Positions 10,870 through 22,759 are shown, numbered from the stretch's first letter. The stretch is 64,000 bases of DNA from Sulfurimonas sp. (GCA_027064045.1 JAMOQK010000080.1:4330-68329), one strand, 5' to 3'. Notes: generated by a model not told the origin, from the sequence alone. Numbers and translations are program-made.

Positions 10870-12264
10870 TTATCTAGTTAAGAAAAACAAAAATTTATCA
10901 TTATCAAATGCTAAATCTACTTGAACACCTTTTCTAGCAGTTGTCATCTCTAAAAGATTGTCAATATTATTATATGTTCTTGGTAATGTTATATTTACAT
11001 TTATATTTTTATCAGCAAGTAAAGTTTTTACTTTCCCACCAATAATATTTACAAGTTCAGACAGGGAATCTAAAATTAATTCTGCATCATTAGTTTCTTC
11101 ACCAATGAGTAGTTCACAAGCTTTTTTGGCAATATCTTTTGGAAATACCAAGATAACCATACCGTCCATATCCCCATAAAATCCTATGGAACTAGCAAGT
11201 TTGTCTGTTTTTTCTTTTATCTCTATGTTATGGATTTCTGCGGCTTCTTTGATAGCTTTAGAATTTGTCATCATCTCTATAGTCAAGACTGTAGCATCTA
11301 TAAAGTTTGGTAATTCTGTGACTGTTATTTTGTTTATCGCTCTTTTATTTTTTGTGGCTACTGCACTACTCCCACCTAAATCTTCCAATAATTTTTTATC
11401 ATGCAAAATATCGTCCATCTGCTCAAAAAACATAATCCCAGAGTCTTCCATAGTCTCTTTAAATGCTTTTGGTATCTTGTCAAAGGTCATACCTGCAAAA
11501 CAGATTGTAGCATTGTATTCAGCTGCTGAACTTGCAAGGCGAGAAAAAAAGTTTAAGGCATGAATATTCATACTTACAACTTTGTATGCATCAAAAATAA
11601 AAAGTGTAAAACCAACATTTAGGGAATTGTTATGATAGGCGATATTAAATGTATTTCCTATATTTGCATCTAAAAAAGATGAGATAGTGTATATGATAGC
11701 ATTACCAGTTACTCTAGTAGCTATTTTTTGTCCCATCTGTCCAAGGTATGTATCTTCAATAACCATATCGTATGAACCCTCTTTGGAAGCTTTCTCTAAA
11801 AATTCCTGTTTTGTTTGGGCGATGATGGGGTTGTGTCCGTTATCATGTAACTCTATAGCCATTGCTGATCTTTGGGATTTGTCGTCGCTAAATAGTAAGA
11901 CAGATTTTGAATCATTTTTAAAGTTAGAACTAAAAAGTGATGCAATTTCGTAGGTTTTAAATAGAGAAAAATTTATATCATCCTTGTAAAAATTCATAAT
12001 AGCTTGAAACTTTTTGTTGTCATAATCACAAAAACCAACTGTTGCATGATTTTTCAAACGAACTTTAACAAACATTTTTACAAAGGTATCAAGACCATTT
12101 CTATTGAAAAATATCACTTTTTTTAATGAAACTAAAATCATGTCAACTTTAAGATTTTCTGTAGCATTAATATCCTCTATGGTTAAAAAGGAAGTGGCGC
12201 TGTTACCATCTAAAAAACCTTGTGGCGAAAATATACCGATACCATCTTTTACTATTGCTCTCAT
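10870..12264 (-). CDS. multidomain protein with a C-terminal CheX-like phosphatase domain and N-terminal STAS-like/receiver-like domains
   Basis: The C-terminal SSIGFYGDMDG...SELVNIIGG...ITLP is the CheX/CheC ExxN signature. The N-terminal assignments are by resemblance only. Confidence 0.65.
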   Translation of the reverse strand: MRAIVKDGIGIFSPQGFLDGNSATSFLTIEDINATENLKVDMILVSLKKVIFFNRNGLDTFVKMFVKVRLKNHATVGFCDYDNKKFQAIMNFYKDDINFSLFKTYEIASLFSSNFKNDSKSVLLFSDDKSQRSAMAIELHDNGHNPIIAQTKQEFLEKASKEGSYDMVIEDTYLGQMGQKIATRVTGNAIIYTISSFLDANIGNTFNIAYHNNSLNVGFTLFIFDAYKVVSMNIHALNFFSRLASSAAEYNATICFAGMTFDKIPKAFKETMEDSGIMFFEQMDDILHDKKLLEDLGGSSAVATKNKRAINKITVTELPNFIDATVLTIEMMTNSKAIKEAAEIHNIEIKEKTDKLASSIGFYGDMDGMVILVFPKDIAKKACELLIGEETNDAELILDSLSELVNIIGGKVKTLLADKNINVNITLPRTYNNIDNLLEMTTARKGVQVDLAFDNDKFLFFLTR

Positions 12265-12265
12265 A

Positions 12266-13066
12266 TTAGCTACCTATTTCCATTAATGTCGAAAACTCTT
12301 CATATATATCAGATACATAATCTATTTGAAAATCTATAAAATCATTTAAATTTGCTTCTATAAAAACTGGTTGAGATAATTCAAAAAAGAGTAAAAGATG
12401 CATCCATTTTCCAAGGGTATTTATGGACTCATCGTCTGATGGTTTCACACCAGAAGATGCTTGGACAATCTTTGCAATATCTTCTGGCATATCCCATTTT
12501 TTAGAAATCATTTGACAAATATCAAATAAATCAACACCACAAAGACGGGATAAAATGGTGTTGTAATCAAGTGCTTTTGTTCCTCTTAGAAGATTTACAT
12601 CATCTATATGTTCACAAAATAAAGCCTCTGAGACTATGATACTAGCTGGTAACAAAGTTATAGAACTTTGTATATCTACATTCTTTATTTTAAGGTGCTG
12701 AAGAACTTTTTGCCATTTTATGCTTAGTTGGTCTTGGAGGTTATGAAAAGATTTAGCATTTAGTTTAAAAAGTTTCCATTTAGATGGAGACAATAAAGTT
12801 ACCATATAGTTATAAACGGCTTGTTGTGAACCTGAAACTCCCAAGATACCAAAAATTTGTGAGATTTCAGTTACTTCATTTCTAAAACCATAAATGGGCT
12901 TGTTTACCATGTTTGTAAGATATGATTTAAGGGCTGGGTCTGTTTGAGCAATTTTTGCAGCCTTAACCAGTTCCCCTTCGTTTAAAAGTTGGATAGTCGC
13001 TCTTAGAGCTTTAGGAGCTGGTGGAATTTTATCTATATAACTGTTTATTTTTTCTTTTGTAATCAT
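12266..13066 (-). CDS. HDOD domain protein
   Basis: IPPAP...DPAL...VNKPIYGFRNEVTEISQIFGILG and KKWDMPEDI follow the HDOD pattern. Confidence 0.75.
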   Translation of the reverse strand: MITKEKINSYIDKIPPAPKALRATIQLLNEGELVKAAKIAQTDPALKSYLTNMVNKPIYGFRNEVTEISQIFGILGVSGSQQAVYNYMVTLLSPSKWKLFKLNAKSFHNLQDQLSIKWQKVLQHLKIKNVDIQSSITLLPASIIVSEALFCEHIDDVNLLRGTKALDYNTILSRLCGVDLFDICQMISKKWDMPEDIAKIVQASSGVKPSDDESINTLGKWMHLLLFFELSQPVFIEANLNDFIDFQIDYVSDIYEEFSTLMEIGS

Positions 13067-13262
13067 CTGTTATACTTTTAGTATTTAATTTTGTACATTT
13101 TAGCTTTATAATGGTAAAAGAAATATTAAAATATCTCTAAAAAAATGTAAATTCCATTATATTAGATAAATCTCATTATATGTTAAATTTCATGGCTTAA
13201 GTTGGAGTTTTGCTTTACTTAGGTATAATTCGCAACTTTAAAACCTACAAAAGGAAGCTAAT

Positions 13263-13451
13263 ATGGCAAGAAGATGTGCTATAAGTGGCAAAGGCCCAAT
13301 GAGTGGGAACAATGTTTCTCACGCTAAAAACAGAACAAAGCGTCGTTTCTTACTTAATTTAAGAACAGTTCGTATCACTTTAGAAGATGGTACTACAAAA
13401 AAAATTAAAATCTCTGCAAGAGAGTTAAGAACACTTAAGAAAAACTCTTAA
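13263..13451 (+). CDS. rpmB: 50S ribosomal protein L28
   Basis: [33 protein letters not shown]; upstream TATAAT at 13224-13229. Confidence 0.97.
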   Translation: MARRCAISGKGPMSGNNVSHAKNRTKRRFLLNLRTVRITLEDGTTKKIKISARELRTLKKNS

Positions 13452-13457
13452 GAGTTT

Positions 13458-14600
13458 TTGGAAATTGATTTGAACCTTGTTAAAAGGATTCGTAAATTTC
13501 TACATTGGGAGTCTTCTCCCACCCCACAAGCAAACCTTCTACCTGAGATTTATCCACATTTAAAAGCGTTTCGTTTACCACTAATTTTTACTGTATTGAC
13601 TATGCTCATTGGCACATTAGGCTATATAATTATTGATGGTTTTACTCTTATGGATGCGATTTATCAAACTGGTATAACATTTACTACAGTTGGATTTGGT
13701 GAGATAGCACCCATATCTGATGCAGGAAGAATTTTTACTATCACTCTTATCATAGCTGGTTTTGCAGTTTTTTCAAGTGCAGTTGGTATTATGATTTCAG
13801 AGTTAAATAGGGGTCATATCATCGCCATTTTAAAGGAGCGAAGGATGTTATATAACATAGTAAGATTAAAGCAACACTTTGTTGTGTGTTATCATAATGA
13901 TTACTCTCTTGAAGTAACTAAACAATTAAGACAAAATCACATACCTTTTGTTGTTATAGATCCAAGACCAGAGATACATGAATGGGCGATAGAACATAGA
14001 TACCCAACATATCTTCAAGCTGAACCACATGCCGAATTAACGATGCTTAAAGCACATTTAGCAGCTGCAAAAGGGATTATAACTATGTCAAAATCTATAG
14101 CAGACAATATTGCTATTATCGCTTCTGTAAGATTATTTGAAAAGGAACATTTTTTACCAAAACCATACTATGTAATATCTGTGGCTGATAGTATGAGTGA
14201 TGTTGAAAAACTTAAAAAATTGGGAGCAAATACAGTTGTAAGTCCTACTAAGCTTACTGCACAAAGGGTGAGTGCCATGGCAACAAGACCCGATATGGAA
14301 AATCTTTTAGAGGAGTTTTTATATAAAAGTGACAATTCACTTGATATGCAAGAGATAGAAGTTCCAAAATACTCTTGGGCAGTTTTGAAAAAGCTAAAAG
14401 AGACACATATAAGGCAAATTACCAACACTTCTATCATAGGTATAACGAAAAAAGATGGTAAGTTTTTATCTATGCCAAAGGGTGATGTGCTTATTACAAG
14501 TGAGTGTAAATTACTTGTGATAGGTAATGAGAATGATATTAAAGTTACAAAAGAGTTACTTAGAAGAAGAGAAAAACCAAAGGAGTTGAAGTTTGTATAA
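13458..14600 (+). CDS. potassium channel with RCK (TrkA-N/TrkA-C) domains
   Basis: TTVGFGE selectivity filter between two transmembrane helices, followed by RCK-type domains. Confidence 0.88.
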   Translation: MEIDLNLVKRIRKFLHWESSPTPQANLLPEIYPHLKAFRLPLIFTVLTMLIGTLGYIIIDGFTLMDAIYQTGITFTTVGFGEIAPISDAGRIFTITLIIAGFAVFSSAVGIMISELNRGHIIAILKERRMLYNIVRLKQHFVVCYHNDYSLEVTKQLRQNHIPFVVIDPRPEIHEWAIEHRYPTYLQAEPHAELTMLKAHLAAAKGIITMSKSIADNIAIIASVRLFEKEHFLPKPYYVISVADSMSDVEKLKKLGANTVVSPTKLTAQRVSAMATRPDMENLLEEFLYKSDNSLDMQEIEVPKYSWAVLKKLKETHIRQITNTSIIGITKKDGKFLSMPKGDVLITSECKLLVIGNENDIKVTKELLRRREKPKELKFV

Positions 14601-15768
14601 GATAACACAAGTTAAAAATGGAGTTTGTGCAAGTGAGGGTTTTTTTGCTGATGGTGTAAGTGCAGGGCTTAAACCAGATGGGGCAAAAGATATGGCATTT
14701 ATAAAAAGTGATGTTTTGTGTGAAGTTGCATCAGCTTTTACAACAAATAAGATGGCGGCAGCACCGATAAAACATTTTAAAGCCAAAGGAGATTTTAAAA
14801 CTGACTTTGTGCTGATAAATTCTAAAAATGCAAATGCTATGACAGGTGGGGCAGGAGTTGAGGATATAGATGAAATTCTTTCCACATGCCAAAATGTTAC
14901 AAACCCAATTATGAGTTCAACAGGTGTGATAGGTGTAAGATTGCCAAAACAAAAAATCATAGATGGTATAAAGCTTTTTGATTTTTCACAAAAAAATCCA
15001 AGTGATGCTGCAAAAGCGATAATGACAACTGATACTTTCTCAAAAGAGATAGCATTGAAGGTTGAGCTTGATGATGGAAGTTGTTTCCACATAGGTGCTA
15101 TGGCAAAGGGTGCAGGGATGATAAATCCAGCTATGGCTACTATGCTTTGTTTTATAACTACTGATGCAAAAGTATCTTCGCAAGATATGCAAAGTGCTTT
15201 GGATGAGGTGGTTAGAAAAACATTCAATGCTATAAGTGTAGATGGTGATACATCTACAAATGATACTGTTTTAGTGCTGTCAAATTCAAAAAGCAACTCT
15301 TATGATGAAGATGCATTTAAAGAGGCACTTTTTAAAGTTATGCATTTTTTAGCATTAGAGATGGTGAGAGATGGAGAGGGTGCAACTAAGCTTGTAACTT
15401 ATAATATAACAGGTGCAAAAGATGATAATGAAGCTGAAGTGGTGGCAAAAGCACTTTCAGATTCGCTTTTGGTAAAAACAGCACTTTTTGGAGAAGATCC
15501 AAACTGGGGAAGAATCGCTTCAACAGTTGGTGCAAGTGGAGCTGAATGTTTGGAAGAGAGCCTAAGAATCTCTTTTGATAACCTTTGTGTTTATGATAAA
15601 GGAGAACTCTATTTTGATAAGGAGATGGAGAGAAAAGCTGCCATAGTAATGGGACATAAAAAGTTTACAATCTCATGTGATTTAGGTATAGCAGATGGAA
15701 ATTTTAAAGCTTACGGATGTGACCTTGGTTATGAGTATGTTAAAATAAACGCTGATTATAGAACATAA
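14593..15768 (+). CDS. argJ: bifunctional ornithine acetyltransferase / N-acetylglutamate synthase
   Basis: [38 protein letters not shown] and INADYRT motifs. Confidence 0.96.
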   Translation: MYKITQVKNGVCASEGFFADGVSAGLKPDGAKDMAFIKSDVLCEVASAFTTNKMAAAPIKHFKAKGDFKTDFVLINSKNANAMTGGAGVEDIDEILSTCQNVTNPIMSSTGVIGVRLPKQKIIDGIKLFDFSQKNPSDAAKAIMTTDTFSKEIALKVELDDGSCFHIGAMAKGAGMINPAMATMLCFITTDAKVSSQDMQSALDEVVRKTFNAISVDGDTSTNDTVLVLSNSKSNSYDEDAFKEALFKVMHFLALEMVRDGEGATKLVTYNITGAKDDNEAEVVAKALSDSLLVKTALFGEDPNWGRIASTVGASGAECLEESLRISFDNLCVYDKGELYFDKEMERKAAIVMGHKKFTISCDLGIADGNFKAYGCDLGYEYVKINADYRT

Positions 15769-15789
15769 TTTATTGGTAAATTTGGTGTT

Positions 15790-15815
15790 AAAAGTACGGT
15801 TTTAACCGTACTTTT
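15790..15815. repeat. REP-like palindrome / bidirectional terminator, copy 1
   Basis: AAAAGTACGGTT-TT-AACCGTACTTTT between the convergent argJ and pnp genes. Confidence 0.8.
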
Positions 15816-15830
15816 TAGAAAAAAAGTATT

Positions 15831-17999
15831 TTATACTCTACCTAAAGAGATTTTATTTCCTTTAAACTCTAGTATTTCTACTGTGATTTTTTCACCTTCG
15901 CTTAACACATCACTCACTTTTTCAACTCTATCTTTTGATATTTTTGAGATATGAAGAAGTCCATCAGTCCCATCTGGAAGCTCTATAAATGCTCCAAAAT
16001 CAACTATCTTTTTAACAATACCTTCGTATTTATCACCAACTTCATATTTTATTTTAGCAACTTTTGGAGTGTTAACTATACCATGAATATGTTTTTTTGC
16101 ACCCTCAACTCCAGATTTATTTTTACCAGTGATTTTAACTTTTCCGTCTTTTTTATCTATATCTATCGCTACTTCAAATTTCTCTATAATTTCACGGATA
16201 GTTTTTCCAGCTTGACCTATGATTTCACCTATAAAACTTGGATCTATATGAAAAAAATCAATGCTAGGTAAAACCCCATCATTAAATTTTATCTCATTTT
16301 GAGCTTCAAGCATGATGTCAATAATATGACTTCTACCCTTTTTTGCTTGGTAAAGTGCTTCTTTTAAAACATCTAAACTTATGCCACCGAGTTTAATATC
16401 CATTTGCATAGCAGTTATACCATCTTTACTCCCAGTTACTTTAAAGTCCATATCTCCATCATGATCCTCTAAACCCATTATATCTGAGAGGATAGCATAA
16501 TTGTCGCCATCACTAACCATACCCATGGCAATACCAGCAACAGTATCACTTGTTTGGATATCTGCAGCCTTTAGTGCCATATAACCACCACAAACAGTAG
16601 CCATAGATGATGAGCCATTTGACTCTAAAATTTCAGATACTAAACGAACAGTTTGCCCATCTAAATCAATGATTGGTTCTAATGCTCTTTTAGCTAAGTT
16701 TCCGTGTCCTAACTCTCTTCTTTTTGTTCCCATAATTGGACTTGCTTCACCTACTGAAAAACCAGGGAAGTTATAATGAACCATAAAGTTTTCATTTTGA
16801 GTGCCACTGTCTGTAAGAGATTCAAACATTTGTGCATCTTTTGTTCCACCCATAGTTAAAACTACAAGTGCTTGTGTTTGTCCACGAGTAAAAAGACAAG
16901 AAGAATGTGCATTTGGAAGTACATTTGTACTTATTGATATAGGTCTGACTTCATCTAAAGCTCTACCATCAGCACGAATTTTATCGTTTAATATTTGACC
17001 TCTTACCTGCTCTTTTTTAACTTTTTCTATCGCATCTTTTAACTCAGCTTCGTCCCATTCTTCTTTTGTTAAAAGTATGTTTTTTCTAAGTTCTCTAAGA
17101 GCAGTTGAACGCTCAGACTTTGCCATCTGATTCATAGCGGCTTTTATATCTGGCATGTGGTTATCTCTAATAAAAGTTGCCATCTCTTCATTTAAAACAT
17201 GAGCTTTACATTCTATACTTTTTGTTTCTTTTTTAAATGGCTTAAAAGCATTTTCATATTTGGCATTTGTTTCAAAAAGAAGTGTTTGAGTTTTTTCTAA
17301 GATATCTATAAGCTCATTTTCACCCATAGCATTTGAGATATGTGACCCCATCACAACATTTGACATTGTTGGGTCTATCATAGGGTCAATATACATATCA
17401 TTAACTTCAATATTTTCTGAACCAAAAGAACGCATCTCAATCATAAGTAAATCATCTTTTGTACCCGATAGATACAAATCAAGTGTAGAATTTTTAAGCT
17501 GTGAAAGTGTTGGATTTAAAACTAATTCACCATCAACTTTTGCTGCTCTTGTAGCAGATACCGAAGTATTTATATCTATATCTGAAACATATAATGCTGC
17601 AGAAGCAGCATTTAATGCTAAAACTTGAAGATCTGATTCGCTATCAGCTGAAAATACCATAATTGTTATCTGAGTTGGATATCCAAATCCTTTTGGAAAA
17701 AGTGGACGCAAACTTCTATCTACAATTCTTGATGTTAAAGTTTCAAAATCACTAGGTTTTGTTTCTCTTTTAAAAAATCCACCAGGAATTTTACCCGCAG
17801 CATATGTTTTTTCAATATACTGCACAGTTAAAGGTAAAAAATCATCCTTTACTATCTCTGTTTCATCTATAACAACTGTTGCTAAAATTACACTATTTCC
17901 TGACTTTAACCATGCACTACCATTTGCTTGTTTTGCTACACTTCCAAAAGAGTAACTCTCTTTTACATTATCTATCTCTACATCTACATCATATTTCAT
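15831..17999 (-). CDS. pnp: polyribonucleotide nucleotidyltransferase (PNPase)
   Basis: AGKIPGGFFKRE, FTRGQTQAL, RRELGHG, SNGSSSMA and GDMDFKV motifs; C-terminal KH and S1 domains. Confidence 0.97.
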   Translation of the reverse strand: MKYDVDVEIDNVKESYSFGSVAKQANGSAWLKSGNSVILATVVIDETEIVKDDFLPLTVQYIEKTYAAGKIPGGFFKRETKPSDFETLTSRIVDRSLRPLFPKGFGYPTQITIMVFSADSESDLQVLALNAASAALYVSDIDINTSVSATRAAKVDGELVLNPTLSQLKNSTLDLYLSGTKDDLLMIEMRSFGSENIEVNDMYIDPMIDPTMSNVVMGSHISNAMGENELIDILEKTQTLLFETNAKYENAFKPFKKETKSIECKAHVLNEEMATFIRDNHMPDIKAAMNQMAKSERSTALRELRKNILLTKEEWDEAELKDAIEKVKKEQVRGQILNDKIRADGRALDEVRPISISTNVLPNAHSSCLFTRGQTQALVVLTMGGTKDAQMFESLTDSGTQNENFMVHYNFPGFSVGEASPIMGTKRRELGHGNLAKRALEPIIDLDGQTVRLVSEILESNGSSSMATVCGGYMALKAADIQTSDTVAGIAMGMVSDGDNYAILSDIMGLEDHDGDMDFKVTGSKDGITAMQMDIKLGGISLDVLKEALYQAKKGRSHIIDIMLEAQNEIKFNDGVLPSIDFFHIDPSFIGEIIGQAGKTIREIIEKFEVAIDIDKKDGKVKITGKNKSGVEGAKKHIHGIVNTPKVAKIKYEVGDKYEGIVKKIVDFGAFIELPDGTDGLLHISKISKDRVEKVSDVLSEGEKITVEILEFKGNKISLGRV

Positions 18000-18652
18000 T
18001 GTTTTTCCTCCAATAATTTTTCTATCGTCTCATCATCTATATCTTTAAACTCTTTATAATAAAGAGATGTTTTAACATAATCATCTATATCATAAAGAAA
18101 AAATATATCATCACAAAATGGTTCTAGCTGTTCTAAAATATCACTCGGTAATATAGGAACTGCAATATAAACTGCTTTTGGCTTCTGCACTAAAACGGTT
18201 TTTAATGCTGTCATAAACTTAAAACCTGTCTCGCTACCATCATCTATAAGTAACACAACTTTATCTTCCACATCTATAAAATGGCGTCCTTTTCGATACT
18301 TATAGATATAAGAAAGTATTTTTTCTTCATGTTTTCTACGAGCTTCACCATAAATATAATCATATTGTATCTCAAAAGCACCTACAAGTTGCTCATTTAT
18401 AACTATCTCTTCTTTTTCACTGACTCTAGCAATCTCACAATCTTCATTGCGTGGTGCTAAAATAGGTTCTGAAAACAAAAAATCAATCACATTAAAAAAT
18501 TCGCCCCTGATATGTGAGGCTAATTCTAATCCACCAGCAGAAACTGCAACCAGGTTCCAAGATTCATCTTTTAACCTTTGCATAGGTATAACATCTCGTA
18601 ATTTAGAAGAGGCATCTTTACGATTTTGTATTATATTTTTATATTTTTTCAT
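17996..18652 (-). CDS. phosphoribosyltransferase-family protein
   Basis: VVLLIDDGSETG PRPP-binding loop; IAVP. Confidence 0.75.
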   Translation of the reverse strand: MKKYKNIIQNRKDASSKLRDVIPMQRLKDESWNLVAVSAGGLELASHIRGEFFNVIDFLFSEPILAPRNEDCEIARVSEKEEIVINEQLVGAFEIQYDYIYGEARRKHEEKILSYIYKYRKGRHFIDVEDKVVLLIDDGSETGFKFMTALKTVLVQKPKAVYIAVPILPSDILEQLEPFCDDIFFLYDIDDYVKTSLYYKEFKDIDDETIEKLLEEKQ

Positions 18653-20817
18653 TCTTCACCTTTGAGCGAATCAGGAAGCCTAATAGCAAGATTTGATGAG
18701 GTGGAAGATCTCATGATAGGTTTTAAAACAATTGTAAAATAAACATACCTGTCATTTACAGAAGATGCACCATCTTGAGTTAAAACAGGTCTGGTGTTTT
18801 CAAGAAATTTCAATCCAAACTCCCAACATCTTTTTTTATATAAAAAGCCTATGTTTGAACTTTTTTTAAAACTTTTTTCTAAATCATAATCTAAACTAGC
18901 ATAGTAAGAATAATGCTCATTATAGGTATAGGTTGCACTAGATGTTATATAACTTGTATATGGTGTATATGTGTCTGTTGTAGTTAAAAAAGTGTCTTTA
19001 TATAGATGAGATAAAGAAAGATTAAAACCATTACCATTATATGAAATTTTATTTAAAACTTTAGAAAAAGAATGTTCATCGTAATTATAAAACATATTAT
19101 TATAAAAATTGATACTACTTGTTATCTTGTAGTCAAGTTCATTTTCTAACTCTCCCAACTTGTTTGAATCATTTTTATAAAAAATCTTCTGTGCTAATCT
19201 ATGATATATTCTTTGGGTACCATCTAAATCAAAAAGGTATTGAGAAAATCCCAATTTCACAATTTCATCTACATCACTAATGTTGTAAAATTCACATCTT
19301 GGGTCATCTATATTTTCCGTATCTGAACAAAAATCCTGATTGTAGTCATAATATCCACTTTTTGTATCTTCACCAGCAAAAATATATGTAATTCCAAAAT
19401 CAACAACATGTGTAAAATCTTTATATGGTTTAGTCAATTCGGATGATATGGATAATATGTTATGTTCCCTAGCAAAAATCCCATCCTGATACTTACCAGT
19501 AGATACCTTTTCATCACCACTAAAAGATGAATGTTGGGCATACATGTATGCTGTATAACTTAGATTTAAATATTCATCAAATAAAGATGTTTGCAGGGTT
19601 AGAGGTATGTTTAAATCTGTCTGAAGAACTTTTTTATTTATTTCTCTTGTAATATTATGACTTTTTAGATCAACACTAGATAGTAGATGATCTTTAAAAA
19701 ATGTATCTAAATAACGATGATATTGAAAAGTTGGAATTTGCTGAAGTGTATCTTCATTTGTTTCTTTTGTTAAATCTTTATAATATTTAAAATAGCTACC
19801 AAAATAATTTTTTTCAGTGTTATAAAATAAATTTATCCTTGATAAAACTTGAGAGGCTGTTGTATTTTGAGTTGTATCATTGGTTGAGAGGTTAATATAA
19901 TCAACATCGTTCATATTATTAATGCTAACATAAATTCCAGATTGTCCTTCAAGCGAGGTACTAAACCACTGATTTATAAAATCATCATTGTCATATCTAA
20001 AATTAAATCCATAGTGAGAATCATTTAGGAGATTTTCATCTGTAAAATAGCTATCTTTCTCCTTGAAATATCCTGTTGTAAACTCACCCTTAGAAGTTGG
20101 TGAGTCGGTAAATCTAAAAGTAGTATAACCACCATAACCACGATTTGTTCTAACTTGAGGCTTTAACTCCAAATCCCACCAATCTTGTTCAGCAATATAA
20201 AAAGGTTGTTCATAGTAAAATCCCTCTTTATCAGACATTCCAAAAGCTGGAACTAATAATCCTGTTCGTCTTCGTGTATCTAGTGAATATCCAAAATAAG
20301 GGGTATATAAAACAGGAATATCATATATATATATTCTAGTATTGTATAAACTAAGCCACATATCGTCGGCATTATATGTAGATGAACTAAACTGCATCTG
20401 CCAGAGTGGGTCATTTGGATTACAACCACTTAAGACTCCAGATTTTATATCATAATCTTTATCTACTGCACACCCCTCATCTGCACTTATCCAAACTTTT
20501 GATTTTTTCTCAAGCATAAAAAATGGTTTAAAAGTTCTTTCTTTTTTAGATATATTTAATTTAGCATACTTTCCCAAAAGTTTATAATTTTTACCTTTAG
20601 TCGCACGAACATTTCCAAAAAGTTCTAAAATACCACTTTTTCTATCGTACTTTGCTTCATCAGCTGTTAAAAAATAATCTTTATATATAACTGTAACACC
20701 ATTATATGCTTTAACTTTATCATCATGAGAGTCCATAGAAGTTGCATAAATTTCAACCTTTGAAGTAGCATATAATAAATATACAGTAGAAAGTAGTAAA
20801 AAGAAAAATCTAAGCAT
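18649..20817 (-). CDS. lptD: LPS-assembly outer membrane protein
   Basis: Signal peptide; IPVLYTPYF...RRTGLLVP; aromatic-rich barrel; C-terminal YKKRCW. Confidence 0.85.
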   Translation of the reverse strand: MLRFFFLLLSTVYLLYATSKVEIYATSMDSHDDKVKAYNGVTVIYKDYFLTADEAKYDRKSGILELFGNVRATKGKNYKLLGKYAKLNISKKERTFKPFFMLEKKSKVWISADEGCAVDKDYDIKSGVLSGCNPNDPLWQMQFSSSTYNADDMWLSLYNTRIYIYDIPVLYTPYFGYSLDTRRRTGLLVPAFGMSDKEGFYYEQPFYIAEQDWWDLELKPQVRTNRGYGGYTTFRFTDSPTSKGEFTTGYFKEKDSYFTDENLLNDSHYGFNFRYDNDDFINQWFSTSLEGQSGIYVSINNMNDVDYINLSTNDTTQNTTASQVLSRINLFYNTEKNYFGSYFKYYKDLTKETNEDTLQQIPTFQYHRYLDTFFKDHLLSSVDLKSHNITREINKKVLQTDLNIPLTLQTSLFDEYLNLSYTAYMYAQHSSFSGDEKVSTGKYQDGIFAREHNILSISSELTKPYKDFTHVVDFGITYIFAGEDTKSGYYDYNQDFCSDTENIDDPRCEFYNISDVDEIVKLGFSQYLFDLDGTQRIYHRLAQKIFYKNDSNKLGELENELDYKITSSINFYNNMFYNYDEHSFSKVLNKISYNGNGFNLSLSHLYKDTFLTTTDTYTPYTSYITSSATYTYNEHYSYYASLDYDLEKSFKKSSNIGFLYKKRCWEFGLKFLENTRPVLTQDGASSVNDRYVYFTIVLKPIMRSSTSSNLAIRLPDSLKGEE

Positions 20818-21259
20818 TTATAACCAAAGTTCTTGCTGTTTTATCATGAAGTGTTTGTTTTGCAGAATCAAACACACCCCACAAAAACCCAAGATAAAAA
20901 AATGTTTCACTTACGATTCTGAAAATTGCTCTATTTAGCGAACTCAAAACACTTGGATTTTGAAGTGTTCGTATCTCTATAACTCTTATTTTCATTATAA
21001 TTTTACCAAGAGTTGCACCATATTGCATAACAAAAAAAGCTTGATAAACAATCTTCATAAACATATATTCAAATATAAAAGTATTTGTGATGTTTATCAT
21101 CTCTTCAACTGTTGTAGCAGTAGAAAAAGAATCCCATAAAGCGATAATAAGCAAAAAAGAGAGTAATAGCTCATCAAGGAAAAAAGCAGTTGCCCTTTTA
21201 CTTATGGGAGCGAGGGTCATCTCTTCGTGATTGAGAATATTTTGAATATTTTCGTCCAT
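20810..21259 (-). CDS. RDD family membrane protein
   Basis: KRATAFFLD, GATLGK and QTLHDK motifs. Confidence 0.85.
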   Translation of the reverse strand: MDENIQNILNHEEMTLAPISKRATAFFLDELLLSFLLIIALWDSFSTATTVEEMINITNTFIFEYMFMKIVYQAFFVMQYGATLGKIIMKIRVIEIRTLQNPSVLSSLNRAIFRIVSETFFYLGFLWGVFDSAKQTLHDKTARTLVINA

Positions 21260-21272
21260 CTGATTTTAATTC

Positions 21273-22538
21273 CTAAAGAGCTTGATAAGCTATATCTGTT
21301 CTTATTTTTTTACCTGCGAAATGAACCTGACCACATCTGAGATATGCTCTGTTTCTTGCTTCTTTTATGCTATCGCCTAAACCAACACAAACAAGCACTC
21401 TTCCACCTGTTGCCATAAGTCTATCATCTTCCATACTGACACCTGCATATGAGATATGAGTATTTTCAGCTATCTCATCATGATGTGTTTCATCAACAAT
21501 AATTTCAGCAGGAGTTGAAGAACCATAAGGATAATTTTCACTTGCCATCACAACACCCACCGCATATTGATTAGAAAACTCAACTTTTATCTCACCTAAA
21601 CGGTTTGTTGCAGCTTTGTAAAACATATCAGATACACTTGATGTCATAAGTGGCATAAGTATCTCACACTCAGGATCACCAAAACGAACATTAAATTCTA
21701 GTGTAATTGGCTCACCATTCACAACCATAATCCCAATAAATAAAACACCCTCAAACGGAGCATTCTCTTTTTTCATACCATCAAGAGTTGGTCTTATGAT
21801 TCTCTCTCTTACTTTTTGATAAAGCTCTTCATCTACTAAAGGTGTTGGAGCGTAAGCACCCATCCCACCTGTATTTGGACCTGTGTCACCATCTCCAACT
21901 CTTTTGTGGTCTTGTGCAGCAGGGAGTAAAATGTAGTCATCACCATCACAAACAGCAAACATGCTTAGCTCATATCCATCTAAAAACTCTTCAACTATAA
22001 CTTTTTTACCAGCATCACCAAAGCTTTTTCCACTTAACATTTCGCTTATTGCTTTTTTTGCTTCATCGTGACTTTGAGCAATTATTACACCTTTCCCACC
22101 ACAAAGTCCATCAGCTTTTACAACGATTGGTGTGTTGAGTTTATCTGTAAATTTAAAAAGTTCTTCAATAGAATCACTCTCTATATATGCAGCAGTTGGA
22201 ATGTTGTATTTTGCCAAAAAGTTTTTCATATAAACTTTTGAGCCTTCAAGTTGGGCAGCTTCTTTGCTTGGTCCAAAAATAGTAAGGGAATTTGCTTTAA
22301 AAATATCTACAACACCATCAACAAGTGGTGCTTCGGGACCAACGATTGTTAAGTCAATTTCATTTTCTTTTGCAAATTCTGCGAGTTGATCATAGTCTTT
22401 TATATCAAGATTTTTACCTAAAAGTGAAGTGGCACCATTCCCTGGCTGAAAAAAAAGTTCGTGATTTTCATCTTCATTTGAAATAGCTCTTGCTATTGAA
22501 TACTCACGACCACCAGAACCTAAAATTAAAATCTTCAT
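21273..22538 (-). CDS. purD: phosphoribosylamine--glycine ligase; true start is ATG at 22538, not the ORF-track start
   Basis: [12 protein letters not shown] start with a GGAG ribosome-binding site; [18 protein letters not shown] and RFGDPE motifs. Confidence 0.96.
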   Translation of the reverse strand: MKILILGSGGREYSIARAISNEDENHELFFQPGNGATSLLGKNLDIKDYDQLAEFAKENEIDLTIVGPEAPLVDGVVDIFKANSLTIFGPSKEAAQLEGSKVYMKNFLAKYNIPTAAYIESDSIEELFKFTDKLNTPIVVKADGLCGGKGVIIAQSHDEAKKAISEMLSGKSFGDAGKKVIVEEFLDGYELSMFAVCDGDDYILLPAAQDHKRVGDGDTGPNTGGMGAYAPTPLVDEELYQKVRERIIRPTLDGMKKENAPFEGVLFIGIMVVNGEPITLEFNVRFGDPECEILMPLMTSSVSDMFYKAATNRLGEIKVEFSNQYAVGVVMASENYPYGSSTPAEIIVDETHHDEIAENTHISYAGVSMEDDRLMATGGRVLVCVGLGDSIKEARNRAYLRCGQVHFAGKKIRTDIAYQAL

Positions 22539-22559
22539 ATAAACTCCATATAAATAAAT

Positions 22560-22759
22560 ATAGCCCAAGTAGCCGTCTCGCAATTGGCTTGGTTCTAAAA
22601 GCCGAATTTGGGTGAAGAGAGGGTTGCCTGACGGCGACAATTTCTCGGCAGAGCTAACATACCTCAAACGAAACCATCGACACACGACAGCCCTACTAGT
22701 TCACAATTTGAATATGTAGAACCCTCATATACGCGATATATCGAACTACTCAGACTATT
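22560..22759 (-). ncRNA. ssrS: 6S RNA (Campylobacterota purD RNA motif)
   Basis: About 200 nt, GC-rich, upstream of purD. The 5' ATAGTCTGAGTAGTT pairs with the 3' GGCTACTTGGGCTAT using G-U pairs that only work on the minus strand. TATAAT sits at 22766-22771 on the minus strand. This is the known location of 6S RNA in this phylum. Confidence 0.8.

Noticed and set aside
22539-22685. 49 aa N-terminal extension of PurD in the ORF track
   Set aside because: It overlaps the 6S RNA; the canonical [12 protein letters not shown] start with a ribosome-binding site is at 22538.
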